Of a stretch of DNA of 64,000 nt, positions 30,096 to 38,603 are shown one piece after another. Numbering within the stretch: position 1 is the first letter of the stretch; the number at the start of each line of letters is the position of its first letter. The notes beneath the pieces are model-generated. The model worked only from the letters and a program-made list of their open reading frames with translations. It ran no database searches and had not been told where the DNA came from. Origin of the DNA: an uncultured Clostridia bacterium (GTDB taxonomy: Bacteria; Bacillota; Clostridia; TANB77; CAG-508); NCBI GenBank assembly GCA_944387545.1, contig CALXFE010000004.1:6562-70561 (forward strand), given 5' to 3'. The position numbers and the translations under genes were made by a program.

Positions 30096-30866
30096 TTATT
30101 TAGCTTCTAATTTTCTTACTAGACTTGTATAATAATAGTCAAAAAAATTTCTAATTTCATTTTCAGTATTTTTATAAGAATTTTCAAATCCTTTGCAATT
30201 CTCATAAACATCTAAAAAATTTTCTCTTGTAGCTTTCTGTAATAATCTTTTGTTTTTAAAAAACATTTCTTTAAGTGTATAAATTATAATCTTTAGTTTT
30301 TCAATATTTTCATCCCTAAATGTTTTTATTATTTCTTCAGTATAATTAAATTCAAATTTTATTAAAAGTTCATAAAACTCTTGATATATTTGAATTTCTT
30401 TAAATTCTTTTTTCAATTCGCTTTTATTATTATTTATAATTAAATAAAAGAATCTATCTATCTTTATATCTTTAGCTTTTTGGCTCATAGGGTATTGTTT
30501 ATTTTGCTTATAGGGGTATGTGCTATTTTGCTTATAGGTATCTTGCACAATTTTCCTACAACTTATATCTGTAATGTAAATTCTTCTTTCTGTTATCTCT
30601 TTCTTATCATTTTTAATTAGTTCAACATTTATATAACCTAATTTCGATAAATGTGAAATCCATCTTGAGATTGTTCCTGGTATTACATTATATAAGTTTG
30701 CAAAGTATGAATTAGTCGCAAAACAATATCCTTCTTTTCCAATTAAAGCTGTAATTTCTCCATATAATAGTCTTTCTGCATATTTTAACCTTTCATCATA
30801 ACGAATTGTAGCTGGAATTATTGCATAATATGCAACCTGTTTTTCTTCGTTCACATTTGGCATCAC
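30096..30866 (-). CDS. Replication-initiator-like HTH protein (RepA_N/DnaD-like).
   Basis: YYAIIPATIRYDERL...LYGEITALIGKEGYCFATNSYFANLYNVIPGTISRWISHLSKLGYI resembles the N-terminal domains of Firmicute plasmid and phage Rep proteins. Internal iteron-like repeats are present. Confidence 0.45.
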   Translation of the reverse strand: MMPNVNEEKQVAYYAIIPATIRYDERLKYAERLLYGEITALIGKEGYCFATNSYFANLYNVIPGTISRWISHLSKLGYINVELIKNDKKEITERRIYITDISCRKIVQDTYKQNSTYPYKQNKQYPMSQKAKDIKIDRFFYLIINNNKSELKKEFKEIQIYQEFYELLIKFEFNYTEEIIKTFRDENIEKLKIIIYTLKEMFFKNKRLLQKATRENFLDVYENCKGFENSYKNTENEIRNFFDYYYTSLVRKLEAK

Positions 30867-31171
30867 CTACCTTTGCTATTTTTTATTTCTGAATTTTCAT
30901 TTTCATTAACAGAACTTTTTAATTTTAGTTCGTTTGCTAATTGATCAAATATTTTATCAATTTCTATTGTTGAAAAATCATTGGCATCTTCCAATTTTAT
31001 CATTCCTCCTATTTTAAAATAATATATATTTCATTTACACGAATTTTTTTTAACTTCACTCACCTATTTTGTTTTTTTAATCTTGTATTATTCAGTATTA
31101 CATAGTCCATATAGTCCGAAAAATAAAGCCTCTATTGCTTGAAAAATAGGGCTTTATTGATAACACTCGTA

Positions 31172-31447
31172 CTATGAGACAAAATACTCAACATTATTCT
31201 CAGGAAAAAACTCTTTGAATTCGCTATATAGTTGTCCTGCTAATGTCTTATTATGTGCTAAAACAAGTGTTGGTTTTTGTACCTTTTGGATAATATTTGC
31301 CATTGTAAAAGTTTTTCCAGAACCTGTAACACCAAGTAGGGTCTGAAATTTTTTGCCTTCTTCCACTCCATTTGATAAGTATTCAATTGCCTTTGGTTGA
31401 TCGCCTGTTGGTTTATATTCTGAATGTAATTTAAACATATTCATCAC
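31172..31447 (-). pseudogene. uvrB: uvrB 5' fragment (codons 1-91) truncated at the mobile-element boundary.
   Basis: [91 protein letters not shown] is collinear with the UvrB N-terminus. The conserved continuation YYDYYQPEAY is replaced by TAG at 31172-31174 and then element DNA. Confidence 0.85.
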
Positions 31448-31490
31448 CTTTTCTTTATTTTGTATAATTTCTACAGATGTTTATCCTTTC

Positions 31491-32402
31491 TTATTCATTT
31501 CCTGTAATCTCCTCTTCTACTTCAGTATTATTTTTATTATTCTTATCATGAACTTTCAAATAATATGGTTGTATATCTAGTAAACTGTCCATGTATATAA
31601 TATTTCCATCTTTATCATTAATTTTCAAATTTGGAAAAGTTTTTATCATCTTTTTATCTCCCCAGAATTTATATATAAATCCTGATAATTTTTCATTTCC
31701 ATATATTTTATTATATTGCTCTATAACAAGCTCTTTATTTGAAACATTTATATCATTTTTTACAATCATTCTTACTAAGAAAAAATCAATCGCAAATGCG
31801 GTAGATATACAATCAATCATTAATAAAATAAATACTGCCATAACAAAGGTTTTTAAACCTTTATAAGTTTTAAATTTGCTTTTAATCCAGTCGATTATTT
31901 TATCTACCTTTGGATTTAAAGAAGCAATCAAATAAATTCCTAAGAATCCCCAGAAAATTGAAAAGTATACACAAATTCTTCCATTGATATTTAGTGGCAT
32001 CCCTGAATAATCCCACCATTTAACCCCAAGTAACATTTCTCCTAAAAAACTGACAACATATTCTACAATTGAACCAACGATAAATCCTCCAAGAAATAAT
32101 ACGTTGAATTTTCTAGGAAACTTGTGTAAACATATAATCATGATGACAGCACCTAAACCATATATCCCACAAAAAGGGCCATATAAAAAGCTTTGTCTAC
32201 TTTCCCATACCCCTTTTGTTATCATACCATAAAGTGTTTCAATAATATATCCTACCACACTATAAATGATAAAATAAGCTAAAATTCTCCATATACTAAT
32301 CCCATTAATTGTTCTTTTTTTCTTAATCGTATTTTGATTATTTTCTCCTGTTACAGTGTTTTCTACTTTCATTTTTTCTTTCTTTAGCTTTTCTTTTTTC
32401 AT
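31491..32402 (-). CDS. Polytopic membrane protein of the putative 'ABC-transporter type IV' (PF06541-like) family, paralog 1.
   Basis: Motifs YFIIYSVVGYIIETLYG, FLYGPFCGIYGLG and WWDYSGMPLNINGR are shared with the ORFs at 35506 and 36358. Confidence 0.5.
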   Translation of the reverse strand: MKKEKLKKEKMKVENTVTGENNQNTIKKKRTINGISIWRILAYFIIYSVVGYIIETLYGMITKGVWESRQSFLYGPFCGIYGLGAVIMIICLHKFPRKFNVLFLGGFIVGSIVEYVVSFLGEMLLGVKWWDYSGMPLNINGRICVYFSIFWGFLGIYLIASLNPKVDKIIDWIKSKFKTYKGLKTFVMAVFILLMIDCISTAFAIDFFLVRMIVKNDINVSNKELVIEQYNKIYGNEKLSGFIYKFWGDKKMIKTFPNLKINDKDGNIIYMDSLLDIQPYYLKVHDKNNKNNTEVEEEITGNE

Positions 32403-32424
32403 ATAATAACCTATGATCCTTTCT

Positions 32425-34236
32425 TTATATTAAACTTCTCAATTCGTCAATTTTCTCTTTATAAAATTGTGTCATAACTTTATATGTGTTACTATCTTCT
32501 AAATCAACATCTACCATTTTTAAAAGGTCTACTGATTTTTTTGTACAACCTTGACTTAGCATATTAATATATTTTTTTATAAATCCCTCTTCTTTATTCA
32601 AAATTTTTGTAGCAATACAAATGGCAGCTGATATTCCTGTTGCATATTTATATACATAAAAATCTCTATAAAAATGAGGAATTCTAGACCATTCATATTG
32701 TATCTTATCATCAATTATGATATCTTTTCCAAAATATTTTTGATTTAATGTATAATACATTTTATTTAAATCTTCTGCTGATAACATTTCTCCATTTTCA
32801 ATCTTTTCATGTACTTCTTTTTCAAATTCAGCAAACATGGATTGTCTATAGAAAGTTGCTCTTATCATTTCCAAAAGTTCATAAATATATTCTGCCTTTT
32901 TCTTTTTATCTTTCTCATGTTGTATTTGGTATTCATTAAGTAAAATTTCATTTACAGTTGAGGCCACTTCTGCTACCATAATCGTATAGTTTGCATCAAT
33001 GATATTTTGATTTTTGCTAGAATAATATGAATGAATACTATGTCCTAATTCATGAGCAATCGTAGCAACATCTTTTTTATTTTGCGTAAAACTCATTAAT
33101 ACAAATGGATGCACGCCATATACTCCAGAACTATATGCACCACCTCTTTTATTTGGTTTTTCATATGCATCTATCCAGTTATGTTCAAAAGCTTCATTTA
33201 ATATATCACTATATTCTGTTCCTAATATAGCTAGAGCTTCTTTTACTTCTTTTTTTGCATCTTCAAAAGAAATTTCGTCTTTCTCTTCTTGGAATGGATT
33301 TACATAGATATCATATAGATGCATTTCATTCATATTTAGCAATTTTCTTTTTAAAGATATGAATTCATGATTAATTTCTAATCCGTCATTAACGCCTTTC
33401 ATTAGTGCTTCATATACTTTGATTGTTGCATCATCATGAATCGTTGCTCTTTCTAAAGAAGAGCTATATTTTCTTAATCTTGAAGTAATAACGGTTTGCT
33501 TTACATTTGATAAATACATTTCTGTTATGGTATTAATATATTTGCTATATTTTTTGTACATTAAATGAAAAGCTTGTTTTCTAATTTCTATATTTGGGTT
33601 TTTTAAATATTTTGTATATGTCGCATCTGTTAACTCAATTTCTTTTCCTTCTTCATCTACTAAAGTTCCGAATTTAAATTCTGCATTTGTTAAGATATCA
33701 TATATATTTTCTGGAGCAGAAAATATTTCTGAATAATTGGCAAGTAAATTTTCCCCTTCCTTACTTAAAATATGTTTTTTCTTCTCTAAAATATCTTTTA
33801 TATCTCTTTCATATGGTTTTAATCTTTTATCTTCAGATAAATATTTATTGATTATATTTTCATCTGTAAATGTAATTTCAGGTGTTATAAAGGAAGTTGC
33901 TGTACTAAATTCTGATGATAAATTTTCTACCTCTTTAAATAATTTTATACCTTCTTGATCTGCCATATTTAGATGATAAGAAAACATTCCATAAGAATAG
34001 ATTTTATCAAAGTTTATTAATAATGTTTCATATAAAGCATAGCATTGATATAAATTATCTGAACTCTCACATAGTTTTCCTTTATATGTTTCTATCTCTT
34101 TTAAGTTGTTTCTCATTGTTTTGACAGCTTCATAAAATGTCTCCTTATTTTTATATAAATCTGTTAATTTCCAACTATATTTATCTTGTATATTGTTCAA
34201 ATTCTTCTCCTCCTTTTTCTTTTGCCATTTTACCAT
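32425..34236 (-). CDS. pepF: Oligoendopeptidase F (M3B family).
   Basis: 603 aa with HELGHSIH zinc-binding motif and overall PepF-like composition. Confidence 0.85.
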   Translation of the reverse strand: MVKWQKKKEEKNLNNIQDKYSWKLTDLYKNKETFYEAVKTMRNNLKEIETYKGKLCESSDNLYQCYALYETLLINFDKIYSYGMFSYHLNMADQEGIKLFKEVENLSSEFSTATSFITPEITFTDENIINKYLSEDKRLKPYERDIKDILEKKKHILSKEGENLLANYSEIFSAPENIYDILTNAEFKFGTLVDEEGKEIELTDATYTKYLKNPNIEIRKQAFHLMYKKYSKYINTITEMYLSNVKQTVITSRLRKYSSSLERATIHDDATIKVYEALMKGVNDGLEINHEFISLKRKLLNMNEMHLYDIYVNPFQEEKDEISFEDAKKEVKEALAILGTEYSDILNEAFEHNWIDAYEKPNKRGGAYSSGVYGVHPFVLMSFTQNKKDVATIAHELGHSIHSYYSSKNQNIIDANYTIMVAEVASTVNEILLNEYQIQHEKDKKKKAEYIYELLEMIRATFYRQSMFAEFEKEVHEKIENGEMLSAEDLNKMYYTLNQKYFGKDIIIDDKIQYEWSRIPHFYRDFYVYKYATGISAAICIATKILNKEEGFIKKYINMLSQGCTKKSVDLLKMVDVDLEDSNTYKVMTQFYKEKIDELRSLI

Positions 34237-34336
34237 AAGTAGGCTTTATATACAACAAAAATACCTTTATTCCATATAACTTTTTTATTTAAGTATACGT
34301 ATAAAGGTATTTAATAGTATTTACATATGTTTATTT

Positions 34337-34645
34337 CTATTCATATATTGGAATTTTTATCTCCATTCCCTCAGATAAATCACTTGTTGACATATGGTTT
34401 AATTTTTTAATTTCTAGTATGACATTTCGAATATCTTGACTTTTAAAATATGGATTATCTTTTATTTCATTTTCAGCTATTTGCCATAATGTTTCTCCTT
34501 TTGCTACATAATCGATCTTATAGTTTTCCCCACTATTAGAATATGATGTATTCGTTATTACAAATAAAATTCCTAATAAGATGAGTACTAAAACAATCAT
34601 AGATTTTATAAATTTATTTTTATTTATAATTTTTACTTTTTTCAT
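34337..34645 (-). CDS. Small membrane-anchored LysM-domain protein (YneA-like architecture).
   Basis: N-terminal TM plus a C-terminal LysM (YVAKGETLWQIAENEI...). Confidence 0.55.
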   Translation of the reverse strand: MKKVKIINKNKFIKSMIVLVLILLGILFVITNTSYSNSGENYKIDYVAKGETLWQIAENEIKDNPYFKSQDIRNVILEIKKLNHMSTSDLSEGMEIKIPIYE

Positions 34646-34745
34646 AATAACCCCTCCTTAAGAATATCTGTTCGCTACATCTGTATTATATACGAACATT
34701 TATTCTTTGTCAATAGGGATTACAAAAAAATGTTTGTATTTTTAT

Positions 34746-35342
34746 CTAAATTAGTATTGGACTGATTTGCTCTCCTTCTAGCGCATATTCTAAAGTCTTT
34801 ATGATGTATTCTGCGTCGAAAACAATTGACCTTGGCTTTGTAATGGGATTATCCTGTCTGAATGGTACAAAATAATACTGTTTCCTGTTTAATAATTTTC
34901 CTATGTTTTCAGCATTACCACTTAATCCATTATTGGTGGATGGTGCAATTACTAAAGGGCGATTATTTCTTAAATGCGATTTAGCAGCCATAGTAGCAGG
35001 CGTATCTATAATATCACAAGCCAATTTTGACATTGTATTTCCAGAACATGGTGCAATTATCATAATATCTGTCATTTTCTTTGGGCCAATTGGTTCTGCA
35101 TCCACAATGGTATGAATGATTTTCTTTCCTGTTATTTCTTCTATTTCTTCTATCATATCTTTTGCTTTTCCAAATTTGGTATCTAAATGATAACTATTAA
35201 ATGACATGATTGGTAATATTTCTGCACCTTGTTGTAAGATTTCTTTCATTTTGGGTATTACTTTGCGAAATGTACAAAATGAACCTGTTAAAACAAATCC
35301 TATCTTTTTTCCTTTTATCTCCAAATAGATTCCTCCTTTCAT
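34746..35342 (-). CDS. dpaB: Dipicolinate synthase subunit B-like flavoprotein.
   Basis: GFVLTGSFCTF, AEPIGPK, IAPCSGNTMSKLA, AAKSHLRNNRPLVIAPSTNNGL and FVPFRQD are collinear with SpoVFB/DpaB. Confidence 0.7.
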   Translation of the reverse strand: MKGGIYLEIKGKKIGFVLTGSFCTFRKVIPKMKEILQQGAEILPIMSFNSYHLDTKFGKAKDMIEEIEEITGKKIIHTIVDAEPIGPKKMTDIMIIAPCSGNTMSKLACDIIDTPATMAAKSHLRNNRPLVIAPSTNNGLSGNAENIGKLLNRKQYYFVPFRQDNPITKPRSIVFDAEYIIKTLEYALEGEQISPILI

Positions 35343-35415
35343 ATAGTCTTATATATAATATGACTTTATGTAAATGTTGGTTGATAATTTTTTTAATTCT
35401 TATATTTTTATAATA

Positions 35416-35446
35416 GAAAAAGCACCGCCAATAATCGGTGGTGCCT
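35416..35446 (-). terminator. Rho-independent terminator for the gene at 35506-36159.
   Basis: On the minus strand a GCACCACCG-ATTATT-GGCGGTGC hairpin is followed by TTTTTC. Confidence 0.5.
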
Positions 35447-35505
35447 GTTTCTTCTCAATTTATGATAACCTCTTAACTTTTCTAGCGGCTTTTCAAAATT
35501 AAGAA

Positions 35506-36159
35506 TTATCTTGTTATTTCAATCTTATTTTCATAAATCTCATTCATTACTTCATCAGAATAATACTTATCGAAAAATGCATCTATATTGTTTGATGCTG
35601 CAATTTCACGATTTCTTTCATCTTGTCTAATGGCTGCCATAAATGATACAGATATATTAAATAGCATAAATATAGCAAATAAGGCTGTAACTGTTCTAAA
35701 ATAGGTATTTTTAGTAATTTTTCCTAGATTTTCTATTAATGGCATGATATATTTCATAAATAATACCCCTCCTATTCCCCAATATGCACAATGCAACAAA
35801 CTTGTTCTTCCGTTAAGATTAAACCATAAATGGGAATAATCCCATGATATCGTTCCAAATAAAATTTCCTGAAAGTAAGAGCATACATATTCTACAATAC
35901 CACCTAATACCATGGTAATAAAAAATTTTTTTAAATAGCCTCCTTTAATTTTAGGAACCACTATATAATATACTAAAATCCCTAATCCATATACTTGTGC
36001 AAATGGTCCAAACACTAATCCTTGCCTAGATACAAAATTTCCGTTTTGAACATATGCTACTATCATTTCTACAACATATCCAATGATACTGCCTATAATA
36101 AATACCCAAAATAGTTTAATCATTGCATTCATATATTTCTCTTTTTTCATCTGTTCCAC
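35506..36159 (-). CDS. PF06541-like polytopic membrane protein, paralog 2.
   Basis: FWVFIIGSIIGYVVEMIV, LVFGPFAQVYGLG and SWDYSHLWFNLNGR. Confidence 0.5.
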   Translation of the reverse strand: MEQMKKEKYMNAMIKLFWVFIIGSIIGYVVEMIVAYVQNGNFVSRQGLVFGPFAQVYGLGILVYYIVVPKIKGGYLKKFFITMVLGGIVEYVCSYFQEILFGTISWDYSHLWFNLNGRTSLLHCAYWGIGGVLFMKYIMPLIENLGKITKNTYFRTVTALFAIFMLFNISVSFMAAIRQDERNREIAASNNIDAFFDKYYSDEVMNEIYENKIEITR

Positions 36160-36357
36160 CCTTTTATATTATTTTATTCCATGCGTTAATCTTTTCTCAA
36201 TTGATTTATCTTACATTTCTATTACACTTTTGTAAGTTAACTATATCATGTAATTATGAATAATATTTTTAGGGTTTCTTAAATTTACTTTAAATTATTA
36301 TTAAGAAAATATAAACATATAATTAGAAGAGGAATTAAAGTAACTACCTTAATTCCT

Positions 36358-36909
36358 CTAATTTAAATATTTTATTGCTGATAAAATTGTATCTAGTATG
36401 ACTGTTACCACCAATATAAAACAAATAATTTCTTGCATATGTTTTGCAACATGTCCTTTTGTTATTTTTTGTATTTTATCTTGTATGAACGGATGTAATT
36501 TTTCTAGTAAAATTAATCCAATGACTCCCCAGAAGATAGAATATAATAAACTAACTCTTCCTTGAATATTTAAGAAATCGTTTGAGTAATCCCACCATCT
36601 TAATCCAAATAACATTTCTAATATAAAAGATACCATATATTCAAATAATGTAAATGCGATTGTAGCAATTAAAAATTTTAGAAATGGCTTTTTATATAAT
36701 TTCTTTGTTGCTAAAATTAAAACAACTGCTCCAAATCCATATATTGGACATAATGGCCCAAATAAAAATCCTCTTTTTACAAAATATCCATGTACAAACA
36801 TGGCATAAATTGTTTCTATTAGCCAACCTAAAAAAGAATATATGAAAAAATAAGTAATACATTCAATTATTTTATCTTTTGTCGTTTTAGATATGACTGC
36901 CTCTTCCAT
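36358..36909 (-). CDS. PF06541-like polytopic membrane protein, paralog 3.
   Basis: FFIYSFLGWLIETIYA, FLFGPLCPIYGFG and WWDYSNDFLNIQGR. Confidence 0.5.
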   Translation of the reverse strand: MEEAVISKTTKDKIIECITYFFIYSFLGWLIETIYAMFVHGYFVKRGFLFGPLCPIYGFGAVVLILATKKLYKKPFLKFLIATIAFTLFEYMVSFILEMLFGLRWWDYSNDFLNIQGRVSLLYSIFWGVIGLILLEKLHPFIQDKIQKITKGHVAKHMQEIICFILVVTVILDTILSAIKYLN

Positions 36910-36933
36910 AAACTCCCCCTTATTCCCTTTTTA

Positions 36934-37665
36934 TTATTTTATATTATTTTGTATTGATTTTAGTGTTTCTTCTGTTAGTTTACTTTTATCGAATTTATTG
37001 ACGATAAATACAACAATGCCCACTAATAAAAATGTAATGGCATATATCACTAGACTTATTTTCCAATCTCCTCTCATTAAGCTATCTCCTGCAAATGTTG
37101 AGGATACAACTGAAGGCAATCTTGCAAAGGTAGATATTAGTATAAATCTTAGTGGCTTTATTGGAAATAATCCTGCAATATATACAAGTAAATCTTTTGG
37201 TGTTCCTGGTACCATAAATAATATAATCATTATCCATTCAATTTTCTTTGGATTTATAAATAATTTACTATTTTCTATTTTTTTCACTTTTTCTTCATCA
37301 CAAATGTCATATACAAATCTTCTTCCCAGTTTTCTTACTAAAAAGAATATAGCTGTTGTAATAATATATACAGATATGGTTATAAATAATAAGCCACCCC
37401 ATCCTCCATAACACATGCCTGCTAAAATTTCTATGGGTTCTCCTGGTAATATAATTAGAAAAATTTGCGCTACTTGTAATCCAAATAGCATTAATAATCC
37501 AATAAATCCAGAGTCATTTACTTTGCTTTTAAATGCTTCTTGTCCTTCTATTGTACTTAGATTTTTCATGACAGGGATTAAATATACAATAACACCTATG
37601 ATAATTGCTACCGCTATGAGTGCTAATAATATTCTAAATATCTTTACTTTATTTTTTCTACTCAT
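36934..37665 (-). CDS. DedA/TVP38/TMEM64 family membrane protein.
   Basis: LPGEPIEILAGMCYGGWGG and VPGTPKDLLVYIAGLF motifs. Confidence 0.65.
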   Translation of the reverse strand: MSRKNKVKIFRILLALIAVAIIIGVIVYLIPVMKNLSTIEGQEAFKSKVNDSGFIGLLMLFGLQVAQIFLIILPGEPIEILAGMCYGGWGGLLFITISVYIITTAIFFLVRKLGRRFVYDICDEEKVKKIENSKLFINPKKIEWIMIILFMVPGTPKDLLVYIAGLFPIKPLRFILISTFARLPSVVSSTFAGDSLMRGDWKISLVIYAITFLLVGIVVFIVNKFDKSKLTEETLKSIQNNIK

Positions 37666-37979
37666 TTTTATCCTTTCCGTATATTACAAAGTTAAGTTAC
37701 TTATATTTGTGCAATAATTACGAGGCAATTTTACACATATGTCGAAATTGCTTTTTTATATAAGTTAAACATAACATATATATTATACCACAATTTTCCT
37801 AAAATGTATGCATTTTACAATATTTTTATCTTACATTTTTGTCATATTTAGTATAGCAATCATTTATTAAATATTTTTTTATGAAATATTAAAATTTTCT
37901 TAAGATAAAGTATAAAGTGAAATGAACCCAAATTATTAAACTCTTTATCTAATAATTTGGGTTCATTTTTATTTAAAGA

Positions 37980-38504
37980 TTAATCTTTTTTCCATGTCAT
38001 AACATATTCTGTTTCGTTAAATTTTTCATTTAATTGTATTTTACTATTCTTAAATTGCAATTTTGAAAAAAATATAATTCCATTCATGTTTTTTTCAAAT
38101 ACTTTTACATATATTTCTGCATTTTCATTTATATTGTCTCTATAATAATTTATTAATTTGGTTCCAATTCCAATTCCTTTATATTGGTCTTTTACATATA
38201 TGGCTTTAATCTCATTGTCATTAATAGAAATAAATCCTAAAACTTCATTATTTTCTACATATACATATGTTTTAAAATTTTCTAAGAAATCTACCTTTAC
38301 TCGATTATAGATTTCTAACCAATAATCTTTTTCAATAAAAGAATTGGCTTTGAAATTTCCTTTCACCCAGATTGTCATGACATTTGTTAAATCTTCTTCT
38401 TTTATTTTTCTTATCATTTGCATCACCTTTTCCTTTGTTTTCTTTAGTTTAACAAAAAAATGTGTATTTTCCAATATGTTTTTGTGAATATTTTTTATCT
38501 GCAA
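37980..38504 (-). CDS. GNAT-family N-acetyltransferase (probable true start at internal Met, about 38423).
   Basis: Acetyl-CoA-binding motif KGIGIGTKLI. The N-terminal 27 codons of the listed ORF lack an RBS context and MQMIRKIKEEDL is the more likely start. Confidence 0.65.
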   Translation of the reverse strand: MQIKNIHKNILENTHFFVKLKKTKEKVMQMIRKIKEEDLTNVMTIWVKGNFKANSFIEKDYWLEIYNRVKVDFLENFKTYVYVENNEVLGFISINDNEIKAIYVKDQYKGIGIGTKLINYYRDNINENAEIYVKVFEKNMNGIIFFSKLQFKNSKIQLNEKFNETEYVMTWKKD

Positions 38505-38603
38505 ACATTATATGTACTTTTATTTAATTCGTCAAATGTTTTATTCTAATACTATAAAAACGCCTCTTTTAATCCTATTAAAGAAAGCGTTTTTATCTAT
38601 TAA

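Larger units (their letters stand above)
1..31173 (-). mobile_element. One end of a large integrative or conjugative element (ICE or conjugative-plasmid-like). It carries replication, anti-restriction and recombination genes plus a Gram-positive T4SS conjugation module. The right end is placed at the uvrB truncation point; the left end lies beyond the window.
   Basis: A contiguous minus-strand block encodes the coupling protein, VirB4, VirB6-like, hydrolase, pilin-like, sortase/LPXTG, ArdC, SSB, ERF and methylases. It ends exactly where the uvrB reading frame is cut after codon 91. Confidence 0.6.
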
